DNA from: an uncultured Ectothiorhodospiraceae bacterium
Lineage (GTDB): Bacteria; Pseudomonadota; Gammaproteobacteria; XJ16; Halofilaceae
DNA length: 64,000 nt
Reading direction: 5' to 3'
Assembly: GCA_964626335.1 (NCBI GenBank)
Contig: CAZVFN010000001.1
Location: 11,482 to 75,481, forward strand
Below the pieces are notes generated by a model. It saw nothing but the letters and a program-made list of their open reading frames with translations. It searched no databases and was not told where the DNA came from. This document shows positions 45,302-54,095 of the stretch, piece by piece. The position numbers and the translations under genes are program-made. The first letter of the stretch is position 1; each line of letters starts with the position of its first letter.

Positions 45302-47827
45302 CTAATCGCCTAGATCGTGCGCATCGGCGATGTCGACGCTCCGCCCCGGGCCGTGGCAGAAGGCGCAGTTCTCGCTGTCGGGCATCGCGGCGTCGATCTT
45401 CGCCTGGGTATCGGCATTGGTGATGGCGTCATGGGCATCCGAACCGGCGACGCCGTCGGCGAACGGGTCGGCCACGAAGCCGTCGCCCTGCGAGTTGCCG
45501 GCCGTGCCGCGCCGGCTCATGTGATCGCGCGCCGAGTCCGAATCATGGCACGAGGTACACACGGCGGCCGTCGGACTAACGTTGTTATCGTCCGTCGGAT
45601 CCGTTGCGGTGCCGATGAAGGTCGCGCCACCGAACGAGCCGCCCGCTTGGGTGTCCCTCGCGGCCTCGTCCACGGTGGCCTGCGTCTGGTTCGTCGTCCC
45701 GAGGATGGCGGTCCGGCTGACCCCGCGCTCGACGGAGTTCGTGATCGGCAGCTCGTAGCTACCCTCCTCGTGGCAGGCGCGGCACTCGCCTGACGACCGC
45801 GGGTAGGCCACCTCGGCGAAGTTGTTCAGGCTGTGGCCGAACCCCATGAGTTCGTAGTCGTCCTCGCGGATGTCGGCGCCGTGGATCGCATGGATCATGT
45901 ACTTCATGTCGATCGTCTGCGACTCCAGGTCGTCCTCCGGGTCCTGGGTCCGACCGCTGAAGACATTGGCGACTGTGCCCTCATTGAGCCCGTTGACCGT
46001 GGTGTCGGGGTCAGCCGGCCGCACCTCCAGATCCGTGTTGTTCGGGTTGTGGCACATCACGCATTGCTGGATGTTGTCGGTGCGGTTGCTGCCGTGCAGC
46101 GACAGCCCGTCGTTCTGCTCGTGGCATGCCTGGCACTTGGCCAGATCCACCACGCTGCGCCGGGGCTGCGGACTCGCGTCGTTGATGGCAAAGGCCTTCA
46201 CCGCGCCTGTCACCGGGACCTCGTCGACCGCCTCGGCGTCGAAAGAGGTATCGCCCTCGAACTCGCCGGCCGGATGGCCCTCGATCGAGACCGCACCCGA
46301 GCCCAGCGGCGGCGTGGTCGCCGGCACGGTTAGCGGGCTCGGCAATTGCGACGTGAGCACGCTGTAGGTGCCGTCGCCGTTATCCTGGACGTATGAGGGG
46401 AGCCCGGTCCCATCCGCGACCAGCGAGACGCTCTTCGGGCTCGCCGGGGCGCCGCCGGTCACGGCCGTGCCGCTGGCGTTGGCGACGTTCGTGTAGTCGC
46501 TCGTCGGCCAGGCGAAGAGCATCTGGATGCGCGTGCTGCCGTCGGTCTGCGTGAACGGCGCATCGTTGGCGATGTCGTAGGCCTGGCCGTCGTTAGTCGG
46601 ATCCGTGAAGGAGAAAGTCACCACCGGCGACTGCCCCTCGCCCGTCTGCGAGATATCGAGGATGTTGTACTCGAAGCGCTTCGCGGCCTCCTGCGAGGGG
46701 ATCGTGTGGCTCGCCAGGATGGGCTCGACCAGTGCGCCCTCGGCGTGGCAGGTCGAGCAGCTCGAATTCGGCTGGGCGCCGGCGACGTGGTTGTCGTTGG
46801 CGTTGGTCAGGCCATTCTCGTCGAACGCCAGGTCCTCGTGACACGAGGCGCACTGCGCGGCCGTGGCGCGATTGTTGACGTTGACGGCCTGCGGAGTCTC
46901 AGGGTCCGCCGGATCGTGGCAGTTGGTGCAGTTGCGCACGTCCTGCGGGTGCTCGACCTCGCTGAAGTCATCGAGCGGGGAACCGAAGTTCTCGCAGGTG
47001 AAGCCGCAGAATTTCGCGTTGTCGCTCCCCTCGTGAATCTGGTGGATCATGCGGCCGAAGTCGATCGACACCGGATCGCCCTTGCGGTAGTCCTGCGCGC
47101 CCTTCTGGTGGCAGGTCACGCAGTACTCGACGTCTTGGCGCGGCCCGCCGTGGAAGGCGAACTCCTTCGTCCCGTGGCAGGTCGCGCAGCTGTCCTGCTT
47201 CACGACCTTGTGCTCGCTGAGGCCGGTCGTGTTGCCGCTCGACGGCTGGAAGTCGAAGACGCCGTCGCTGCCGGCGACCTCCTCCCCCAGCAGCACCGGG
47301 TCGCGGATCTCCATGCCGACGCGATGAGTGGACTCGGGCTCGAACGCGATGCCGTCGATCTCCTCGAGCGGCCGGTCGAAGGTGAACGAGTACATGCCGT
47401 TGCCGTCCGGGCTTGCGCGGAACGTGCCCTCGGCATAGGTGCCGGGCTGGAAATCGGGCTGGCCTTCGTCGTCGGAGAGGATGTAGGACTGCCAGTCCGA
47501 GTTCTCGCCGTCGGCGCCCGCCACGAGCTTGTTGACGGTGAAGCTGAACTCGACGTTCTCGCCCTGGCGCAGGCCGTTGACCGGCACGCCGCGGCCATCC
47601 TTGACCTGGAACTCGATGACGATCGGGCTCTCGACGCGGACGTCTGTGATGGTCGGGTTCAGGGCCTCTGGGGCCTCGTTGCGATCGAATCCGGGCGCGG
47701 GCTCCGGTGGCGGCTCGCCGCCTCCGGCGCTGCCGCCGCCACCGCCACCGCACGCGGTGAGTGCCAGTGAGAACAGCGCGGCGGCCAGACCGCCACACCA
47801 TCGACCGGAATCGATTCCACCCGCCAT
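45302..47827 (-). CDS. mtrC: OmcA/MtrC-family decahaem lipoprotein cytochrome c
   Basis: ORF 45302..48187 trimmed to ATG 47827 (GGGGGAGAAG upstream). Lipobox LALTAC followed by a Gly-rich linker. Ten CXXCH arranged as 5+5 around beta-domains. Confidence 0.8.
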   Translation of the reverse strand: MAGGIDSGRWCGGLAAALFSLALTACGGGGGGSAGGGEPPPEPAPGFDRNEAPEALNPTITDVRVESPIVIEFQVKDGRGVPVNGLRQGENVEFSFTVNKLVAGADGENSDWQSYILSDDEGQPDFQPGTYAEGTFRASPDGNGMYSFTFDRPLEEIDGIAFEPESTHRVGMEIRDPVLLGEEVAGSDGVFDFQPSSGNTTGLSEHKVVKQDSCATCHGTKEFAFHGGPRQDVEYCVTCHQKGAQDYRKGDPVSIDFGRMIHQIHEGSDNAKFCGFTCENFGSPLDDFSEVEHPQDVRNCTNCHDPADPETPQAVNVNNRATAAQCASCHEDLAFDENGLTNANDNHVAGAQPNSSCSTCHAEGALVEPILASHTIPSQEAAKRFEYNILDISQTGEGQSPVVTFSFTDPTNDGQAYDIANDAPFTQTDGSTRIQMLFAWPTSDYTNVANASGTAVTGGAPASPKSVSLVADGTGLPSYVQDNGDGTYSVLTSQLPSPLTVPATTPPLGSGAVSIEGHPAGEFEGDTSFDAEAVDEVPVTGAVKAFAINDASPQPRRSVVDLAKCQACHEQNDGLSLHGSNRTDNIQQCVMCHNPNNTDLEVRPADPDTTVNGLNEGTVANVFSGRTQDPEDDLESQTIDMKYMIHAIHGADIREDDYELMGFGHSLNNFAEVAYPRSSGECRACHEEGSYELPITNSVERGVSRTAILGTTNQTQATVDEAARDTQAGGSFGGATFIGTATDPTDDNNVSPTAAVCTSCHDSDSARDHMSRRGTAGNSQGDGFVADPFADGVAGSDAHDAITNADTQAKIDAAMPDSENCAFCHGPGRSVDIADAHDLGD

Positions 47828-48017
47828 TGGTCTTCTCCCCCGGTCTTGACGCCGAGCTTCGCCGGCTGGGCCGCCGACACTGCGTGGGCCGACCCGCGTT
47901 GCGTCGGCGGTCGTGGCTGCACCGCTCGCTGTTCGCCATCGGTGCGGATTACGTGTATTTAACCTAGCGCTCGGTGGACCGGCGCGCCACCGGTGACGAC
48001 CCTCGTGTTCGCGGAAG

Positions 48018-48031
48018 TTGACACACATCAA
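48018..48031. promoter_or_regulatory. FNR/CRP-family box TTGACACACATCAA in the mtrC/cytochrome c divergent spacer
   Basis: One mismatch to TTGAT-N4-ATCAA. The centre is about 86 nt upstream of ATG 48111 and about 197 nt upstream of the mtrC ATG. Confidence 0.55.
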
Positions 48032-48110
48032 ATTTGCTCCGCGTAAGCGCCGACAGCGATGACCGCCGGTGGTAGGTTTCAATCCCCATGCGCGACGCGA
48101 CGGAAGAAAG

Positions 48111-48752
48111 ATGACAATGAGATTGACTCGCATTTGCGTATTGAACGCCGGGTTGCTCATCACCCTGCTGGCCTCGCCCGCAGCCATGGCCGCCGACGCG
48201 CCGGACGTGGTCGAGCAGAAGTGCGCCGACTGTCACGGCAAGGATGGCATCAGCAGCGACGAGAACCTGCCGAGCATTGCGGGCGCCTCCGGATTCTTCC
48301 TCGAGAACCAGATGGCGATCTTTCGCGAGGAGGCGCGTCCCTGCGAGGCGGATGCCTTCGAAGGCGAAGAGGACGCCTCGGCGGCCAACCACTGCAAGCT
48401 GGCGGCCGGGCTGGCCGATGACGCGATCGCGGCCGTCGCGAAGCATTACTCTGCGCAGCCGTTCGAGCCGGCCGACCAGCCGGTCGACCAGGCACTGGCG
48501 GACAAGGGCGCGTCGATCCACGAGGCCGCGTGCAGCAAGTGCCACAGCAACGGCGGCAGCCTCGCCCTGGACGACGCCGGGATCCTCGCCGGGCAGTGGA
48601 AGCCGTACCTGATGGAACAGCTCGAGTACTACAAGGCCGGCAAGCGGTGGCAGCCGGAGAAGATGAAGCCGACGATCGACGAGCTGAGCGAGCCGGACAT
48701 GAAGGCGCTGGTCGAGTACTACGCCAGCCAGGGCGAGAAGCGGTTCGAGTAG
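48111..48752 (+). CDS. Periplasmic dihaem class-I (c4-like) cytochrome c
   Basis: Start ATG 48111 (MTMRLTRICVLNAGLLITLLASPAAMA signal peptide). CADCH and CSKCH. Confidence 0.75.
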   Translation: MTMRLTRICVLNAGLLITLLASPAAMAADAPDVVEQKCADCHGKDGISSDENLPSIAGASGFFLENQMAIFREEARPCEADAFEGEEDASAANHCKLAAGLADDAIAAVAKHYSAQPFEPADQPVDQALADKGASIHEAACSKCHSNGGSLALDDAGILAGQWKPYLMEQLEYYKAGKRWQPEKMKPTIDELSEPDMKALVEYYASQGEKRFE

Positions 48753-48864
48753 TCCGGGCGGCGCGGTGCGCGGTGCCGACCGGCGCCGCGCCGTCGGCGC
48801 CGGGGATGACCGCCGTTGAGGACGGCCCGCACGGGGTCGCCCGCCGGATACGAGGAGGGCCCGC

Positions 48865-49476
48865 ATGAGCGATAACGAAGACCCCGGGCGGCATTCGAAG
48901 CGCAATGGCCTCTGGTCACGGCTCTGGCGCCAGCCGCGCCAGCGGTTCCTGCTCGGCATCCCGATTGGCGCGGTCGTGTTCCTGGTGCTGGGGATCGTGT
49001 TGACGGAGGGCTTCCACAAGAGCCTCGCGCTGTCGAATACGCAGGCATTCTGCACCTCCTGCCACGAGATGCAGGCGTTCGTCTATCAGGAGTTCAAGCA
49101 GAGCCCCCACTACAGCAACGTCAGCGGCGTGCGGGCGAAATGCGCGGACTGCCACGTGCCGAAGAGCTTCCTGCCGAAGATGCAGCGCAAGATCCAGGCG
49201 AGCTTCAACGAGGTGCCGGCCTGGATCACGGGCAAGATCGACACGCGCGAGGAGTTCGAGGCGCACCGCGCGGAGCTCGCACAGCGCGTCTGGGACCGCA
49301 TGAAGGCCCACGACTCGCGCAACTGCCGCAGCTGCCACACCTACGAGGCGATGGCCAAGGAGTCGCAGGGCCGCTACGCGCGCCGCAAGCACTCGGCGGA
49401 GTACCGCGAGGCCACGGGCAAGACCTGCATCGACTGCCACAAGGGTGTTGCACACAAGCTGCCGGAAGAGATGTAA
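48865..49476 (+). CDS. cymA: NapC/NirT/CymA-family membrane-anchored tetrahaem quinol dehydrogenase
   Basis: N-terminal TM FLLGIPIGAVVFLVLGIVL. CTSCH, CADCH, CRSCH, CIDCH. AGGAGGG before the ATG. Confidence 0.85.
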   Translation: MSDNEDPGRHSKRNGLWSRLWRQPRQRFLLGIPIGAVVFLVLGIVLTEGFHKSLALSNTQAFCTSCHEMQAFVYQEFKQSPHYSNVSGVRAKCADCHVPKSFLPKMQRKIQASFNEVPAWITGKIDTREEFEAHRAELAQRVWDRMKAHDSRNCRSCHTYEAMAKESQGRYARRKHSAEYREATGKTCIDCHKGVAHKLPEEM

Positions 49477-49589
49477 TCTAACGGCTGCGACCGGCCCCGT
49501 GGATCCCGGCCGCTGGCACCATCCGGCGGCCCGGACCGGGGGCTCGCACCCGAGCCGCCCCGGCATGACCGTGCAGCGAGGAGCGCTTC

Positions 49590-50417
49590 TTGAACCAGGC
49601 GTCATCGGCAGTCGAGTCGTCAACCGGCTCCCCGCAGCGTGGCCAGCGGGGGGGCGAACCGCGCCGCTGGCGCTGGTTCCACCGCCTGGGATCGCCGGCG
49701 CATTTCTACGCGCTGGCGCGGCGGCTGACGCCGTGGCTGGGCGCGTTGACGGCGATCCTGCTCGCCGTCGGCACCTACTGGGGGCTGGTGATCGCCCCGC
49801 CCGACTACCAGCAGGGCGAGAGCTACCGGATCATCTTCGTGCACGTGCCGGCGGCCTGGCTGTCGCTGTTCTGCTGGATGTTCATGACCGTCTGCGCGCT
49901 GCTGGTGCTGGTCTGGCGGATGAAGGTCGCGGCGTCGCTGATGCGCGCGGCCGCGCCCCTGGGCGCGAGCTTCACCTTCCTGGCGCTGGCCACCGGCGCG
50001 CTGTGGGGCAAGCCGATGTGGGGCACCTACTGGGTCTGGGACGCGCGCCTCACCTCGGAGCTGATCCTGCTGCTGCTGTATCTCGGCTTCATCGGCCTGC
50101 AGTCGGCGATCGAGGAGCGCAACACCGCCGCGCGCGCCGGCGCCGTGCTCGCGCTGGTCGGGGTGGTCAACATCCCGATCATCCACTACTCCGTCGAGTG
50201 GTGGAACACGCTGCACCAGGGGCCGACGGTGACGCGCTTCGACAGCCCGGCGATGAGCGTCGACATGCTGCTGCCGCTGCTGGTCATGGCGATCGCGTTC
50301 ATGAGCTATTTCGCCACCGTGGTGCTCAAGCGTGCGCGCTGCGATCTCCTCGAGGCCGAATCCTCCAGCCAGTGGGTGCGCGAACGCTTGCGAGGCGGCG
50401 GGGAGGCCTCTTCATGA
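49590..50417 (+). CDS. ccmC: Haem lyase/haem delivery protein CcmC
   Basis: TTG start with GAGGAG upstream. [18 protein letters not shown] tryptophan-rich (WWD) motif. Confidence 0.9.
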   Translation: MNQASSAVESSTGSPQRGQRGGEPRRWRWFHRLGSPAHFYALARRLTPWLGALTAILLAVGTYWGLVIAPPDYQQGESYRIIFVHVPAAWLSLFCWMFMTVCALLVLVWRMKVAASLMRAAAPLGASFTFLALATGALWGKPMWGTYWVWDARLTSELILLLLYLGFIGLQSAIEERNTAARAGAVLALVGVVNIPIIHYSVEWWNTLHQGPTVTRFDSPAMSVDMLLPLLVMAIAFMSYFATVVLKRARCDLLEAESSSQWVRERLRGGGEASS

Positions 50418-50578
50418 GCGGGCAGGAATTTCTCGCCATGGGCGGCTACGCCGCTTACGTCTGGCCCGCCTACGGCCTGGCGCTGGTCGTGCTCATCGCC
50501 AATGCCGTGCTGCCCCACCGGCGCGAGCGGCAACTCCTGCGCGCGGCGGACACCGCCGCCGGACGAACGAAACCATGA
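50414..50578 (+). CDS. ccmD: CcmD
   Basis: 54 aa, [33 protein letters not shown]. The ATG overlaps the ccmC TGA. Not listed as a separate ORF in the track. Confidence 0.8.
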   Translation: MSGQEFLAMGGYAAYVWPAYGLALVVLIANAVLPHRRERQLLRAADTAAGRTKP

Positions 50579-51072
50579 CACCGCGACGACGCAAGAGACT
50601 CGCCCTCGTCGGCGCCCTCGTCGCCGGCGTGGGCATCGCCACCACGCTGGGGTTGCTCGCCTTCCGCGAAAACCTGGTGTACTTCTACACGCCCTCGGAG
50701 GTCGCGCAGGGCAAGGCCCCGGTCGAGCGCAAGTTCCGCATCGGTGGCCTGGTGGCGGACGGCAGCGTCGAGCGCGCCGACGAGTCGCTGCGGGTGCGCT
50801 TCGAGGTCACCGATCGTGCCAAGGCCGTCCCGGTCGTGTACGAGGGCGTCCTGCCCGACCTGTTCCGCGAGGGTCAGGGGATCGTCGCCGACGGCAGTCT
50901 CAACGGCAAAGGCCGATTCGTGGCCGAGCGCGTGCTCGCCAAGCACGACGAGAACTACATGCCGCCCGAGGCCACCGAGGCACTCAAGAAGGCGGAGACG
51001 GGCTATGGGGCCGATGGCAAGGCCGGGTATGCGCCCGACGGCAAGCCCGCATCCGCGGACGGGGGATCATGA
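50575..51072 (+). CDS. ccmE: Haem chaperone CcmE
   Basis: Start ATG 50575 ([13 protein letters not shown]...). [19 protein letters not shown] (haem-binding His). Confidence 0.9.
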   Translation: MTPRRRKRLALVGALVAGVGIATTLGLLAFRENLVYFYTPSEVAQGKAPVERKFRIGGLVADGSVERADESLRVRFEVTDRAKAVPVVYEGVLPDLFREGQGIVADGSLNGKGRFVAERVLAKHDENYMPPEATEALKKAETGYGADGKAGYAPDGKPASADGGS

Positions 51073-53057
51073 TTCCCGAGATCGGCAATTTCGCCCTCTG
51101 CCTGGCCCTGGCACTGGCGCTGATCCAGGCGTTCTTCCCGCTGGCCGGCGCGCAGCAGGGCCGGGTGGCGTGGATGGCGCTCGCCCGTCCGGCCGCCCTC
51201 ACCCAGTTCGTGTTCGTCGCCGCCGCCTTCGTCGCGCTGTCGATCTCCTTCTACGTCAGCGACTTCTCGGTCGCCTACGTCGCCGAGAACTCCAACCGGA
51301 TCCTGCCGTGGTACTACCGCCTGACGGCGGTCTGGGGCGGGCACGAGGGCTCGATGCTGCTGTGGAGCCTGGTCCTGGCGGGCTGGACGCTGGCGGTCGC
51401 ACTCGCCTCGCGCACCCTGCCGCTCACCGTGCTCGCGCGCGTGATCGGCGTCATGGGGCTGATCAGCGCGGGGTTCCTGCTGTTCATGCTGCTCACCTCG
51501 AACCCGTTCGCGCGCCTCGACCCCGCACCGCTGGACGGCGCCGACCTCAACCCCCTGCTGCAGGACGTGGGCATGATCGTCCATCCGCCCATGCTCTACA
51601 TGGGCTACGTCGGCATGTCGGTCGCGTTCGGCTTCGCCATCGCCGCGCTGCTCGGCGGCCGTCTCGATGCGGCCTGGGCGCGCTGGGCCCGGCCCTGGGT
51701 GACCACGGCGTGGATCTTCCTGACCCTGGGCGTGACGCTCGGCAGCTGGTGGGCCTACTACGAGCTCGGCTGGGGCGGCTGGTGGTTCTGGGACCCGGTG
51801 GAGAACGCCTCGTTCATGCCCTGGCTGGTGGCCACCGCCCTGATCCACTCGCTCGCCGTCACCGAGAAGCGCGGCGCCTTCAAGAGCTGGACCGTGCTGC
51901 TGGCGATCACGGCGTTCTCGCTGTCGCTGCTGGGCACGTTCATCGTGCGCTCGGGGGTGCTGACCTCGGTCCACGCGTTCGCGACGGATCCCGCGCGCGG
52001 GGTCTACATCCTGGCCTTCCTCGGGCTCGTCATCGGTGGCAGCCTGGTGCTGTACGCCCTGCGCGGGCCGCAGACGCTCGGCGGCAGCCGCTTCGAGTGG
52101 CTGTCGCGCGAAACCATGCTGCTGGCCAACAACGTGCTGCTCGTCGTGTCCATGCTGACCGTGCTGCTGGGCACGCTGTACCCGCTCGTCGTCGACGCCA
52201 TGGGCCTCGGCAAGCTGTCCGTCGGACCGCCCTACTTCAACGCCACGTTCGTGCCGCTCATGGTGCTGCTCGCGTTGGCGGTCGGATTCGGCCAGCTGGT
52301 GCGCTACAAGCGCGACCAGGCGCGGCGCATCGTCGGCCACATGAGCTACGCCGCGGGCGCCGCGGTGGTGCTCGGGGTCGGGGCCGCCGTGATGCTCGGC
52401 GGCGAGCTCGGCACGCGCGCGGGCGTCGGGCTGGGCCTGGCGCTCGCCCTCTGGGTCGCGCTCGGCAGCGTGCAGGCCATGCGCACGCAGCTGTCGAGCC
52501 AGCGCGGGCTGGCCGGGGCGCTGCGCCGCCTGCCCGCCGGTGTCTACGGGATGTCGCTGGCGCACATCGGCTTCGCCGTCGCCATCGTCGGCGTGACCGT
52601 CTCGAGCGCCTACGCCGTCGAGGAGCGCCTGCGCATGGCGCCGGGCGACACCGCGGAGGTCGCCGGCTACCGCTTCCGCTTCGAGGGCGTGAACCAGGTC
52701 CAGGGGGCGAACTACCGCTCGTCCATGGGGTCGGTGGTCGTCTCGCGCGGCGGCGAGCGGGTGGCCCGGCTGCAGCCGGAGAAGCGCCAGTACGCCTCGG
52801 GCGGGCGCCCCATGACCGAGGCCGGGATCGACGCCGGCCTGACGCGCGATGTCTACGCCTCGCTCGGCGAGCCGCTGGATGGCGACGGCGCCTGGAGCCT
52901 GCGGCTCTACCACAAGCCGTTCGTCCGCTGGATCTGGCTCGGTGGTGTCTTGATCGCCCTGGGCGGCGTCGTGGCGGTCGGCGACCGCCGGTACCGTGCC
53001 GAGCGGCAGCGGGTCTCGGCCGCGAGTCCGGGCGCCGCGACGGCGACGGGTCGCTGA
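51069..53057 (+). CDS. ccmF: Cytochrome c haem lyase subunit CcmF
   Basis: Start ATG 51069 ([14 protein letters not shown]). [18 protein letters not shown] motif. 662 aa, polytopic. Confidence 0.92.
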   Translation: MIPEIGNFALCLALALALIQAFFPLAGAQQGRVAWMALARPAALTQFVFVAAAFVALSISFYVSDFSVAYVAENSNRILPWYYRLTAVWGGHEGSMLLWSLVLAGWTLAVALASRTLPLTVLARVIGVMGLISAGFLLFMLLTSNPFARLDPAPLDGADLNPLLQDVGMIVHPPMLYMGYVGMSVAFGFAIAALLGGRLDAAWARWARPWVTTAWIFLTLGVTLGSWWAYYELGWGGWWFWDPVENASFMPWLVATALIHSLAVTEKRGAFKSWTVLLAITAFSLSLLGTFIVRSGVLTSVHAFATDPARGVYILAFLGLVIGGSLVLYALRGPQTLGGSRFEWLSRETMLLANNVLLVVSMLTVLLGTLYPLVVDAMGLGKLSVGPPYFNATFVPLMVLLALAVGFGQLVRYKRDQARRIVGHMSYAAGAAVVLGVGAAVMLGGELGTRAGVGLGLALALWVALGSVQAMRTQLSSQRGLAGALRRLPAGVYGMSLAHIGFAVAIVGVTVSSAYAVEERLRMAPGDTAEVAGYRFRFEGVNQVQGANYRSSMGSVVVSRGGERVARLQPEKRQYASGGRPMTEAGIDAGLTRDVYASLGEPLDGDGAWSLRLYHKPFVRWIWLGGVLIALGGVVAVGDRRYRAERQRVSAASPGAATATGR

Positions 53058-53058
53058 C

Positions 53059-53595
53059 TTGCCGCGCGCGCGTTACGTCATCCCGCTGGTCGTGTTCGTC
53101 GTGATCGCCGCCTTCATGGCGGTCGGCCTCACGCGCGATCCGTCACGCGTGCCCTCGCCGCTGATCGGCAAGTCCGTGCCGGGGTTCGAACTGGCCACCG
53201 TGGCCGAGCCTGGGCGCCGCGTGGCGCCGCGCGATTTCGAGGGGCAGGTCTGGCTGCTCAATGTGTGGGCCAGCTGGTGCGTCGCCTGCCGCGAGGAACA
53301 CCCGGTGATGATGCGGGCCTCGGAGCGCGAGGGCCTGACGCTGGTCGGCCTCGACTACAAGGACCAGCGCGGCTCGGCCGTCCAGTGGCTCGAGCGCCAC
53401 GGCGACCCCTACACGGTCTCCGCACACGACCCCGAGGGCAAGGTCGGGATGGACCTCGGCGTCTACGGCGTGCCCGAGACGTACGTGATCGACGCCGAGG
53501 GCACGATCCGCTACAAGCACGTCGGTCCGATCTCGCACGAGACGCTCGAGGAGGAAATCCTGCCGCTGGTCGACGACCTGCAACGGAGCTCCTGA
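53059..53595 (+). CDS. ccmG: Thiol:disulfide oxidoreductase CcmG/DsbE
   Basis: WCVAC active site, GVYGVPETYVID. Start uncertain: TTG 53059 just after the ccmF stop, while the track ORF begins at 52996. Confidence 0.85.
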   Translation: MPRARYVIPLVVFVVIAAFMAVGLTRDPSRVPSPLIGKSVPGFELATVAEPGRRVAPRDFEGQVWLLNVWASWCVACREEHPVMMRASEREGLTLVGLDYKDQRGSAVQWLERHGDPYTVSAHDPEGKVGMDLGVYGVPETYVIDAEGTIRYKHVGPISHETLEEEILPLVDDLQRSS

Positions 53596-54095
53596 TGCGC
53601 CGGACTGTCGTCCACATCCTGTTCGCCCTCGCGCTCGCCTGCATGCTGGCGCCCGCGCCGCTGATCGCCAACGACGAGAGCCTGCGCGAGTTCGACAGCG
53701 AGGCCGAGCGCGAGCGCTACTACGAGCTGCTCGAGGTCCTGCGCTGCCTGGTGTGCCAGAACGAGAGCCTGGCCAGCTCGAGCGCCGATCTCGCCCAGGA
53801 CATGCGCGACGAGGTCTATCGCCTGGTGGTCGAGGAGGATCGCTCGCGGGAGGCGGCGATCGACTTCCTCACCCAGCGCTACGGTGACTTCGTGCTCTAC
53901 CGCCCGCCCTTCCAGCCGACGACCTGGGCGCTGTGGCTGGGCCCGTTCGTCCTGCTGGCGATCGGCGCAGGGGCCGTGGTCCTCATCATCCGTCAGCGGC
54001 GCCGCGCGTCCCAACGCGCGCTGTCGCCGGACGAGCGGGCCCGTGCCGAGCAGTTGTTGCAGGATGACCCGTCCGCGGAGGACCCGGATCGATGA
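53595..54095 (+). CDS. ccmH: CcmH (apocytochrome thioreductase)
   Basis: Start ATG 53595 (MRRTVVHILFALALA). LRCLVCQNESL motif. C-terminal TM. Confidence 0.88.
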   Translation: MRRTVVHILFALALACMLAPAPLIANDESLREFDSEAERERYYELLEVLRCLVCQNESLASSSADLAQDMRDEVYRLVVEEDRSREAAIDFLTQRYGDFVLYRPPFQPTTWALWLGPFVLLAIGAGAVVLIIRQRRRASQRALSPDERARAEQLLQDDPSAEDPDR

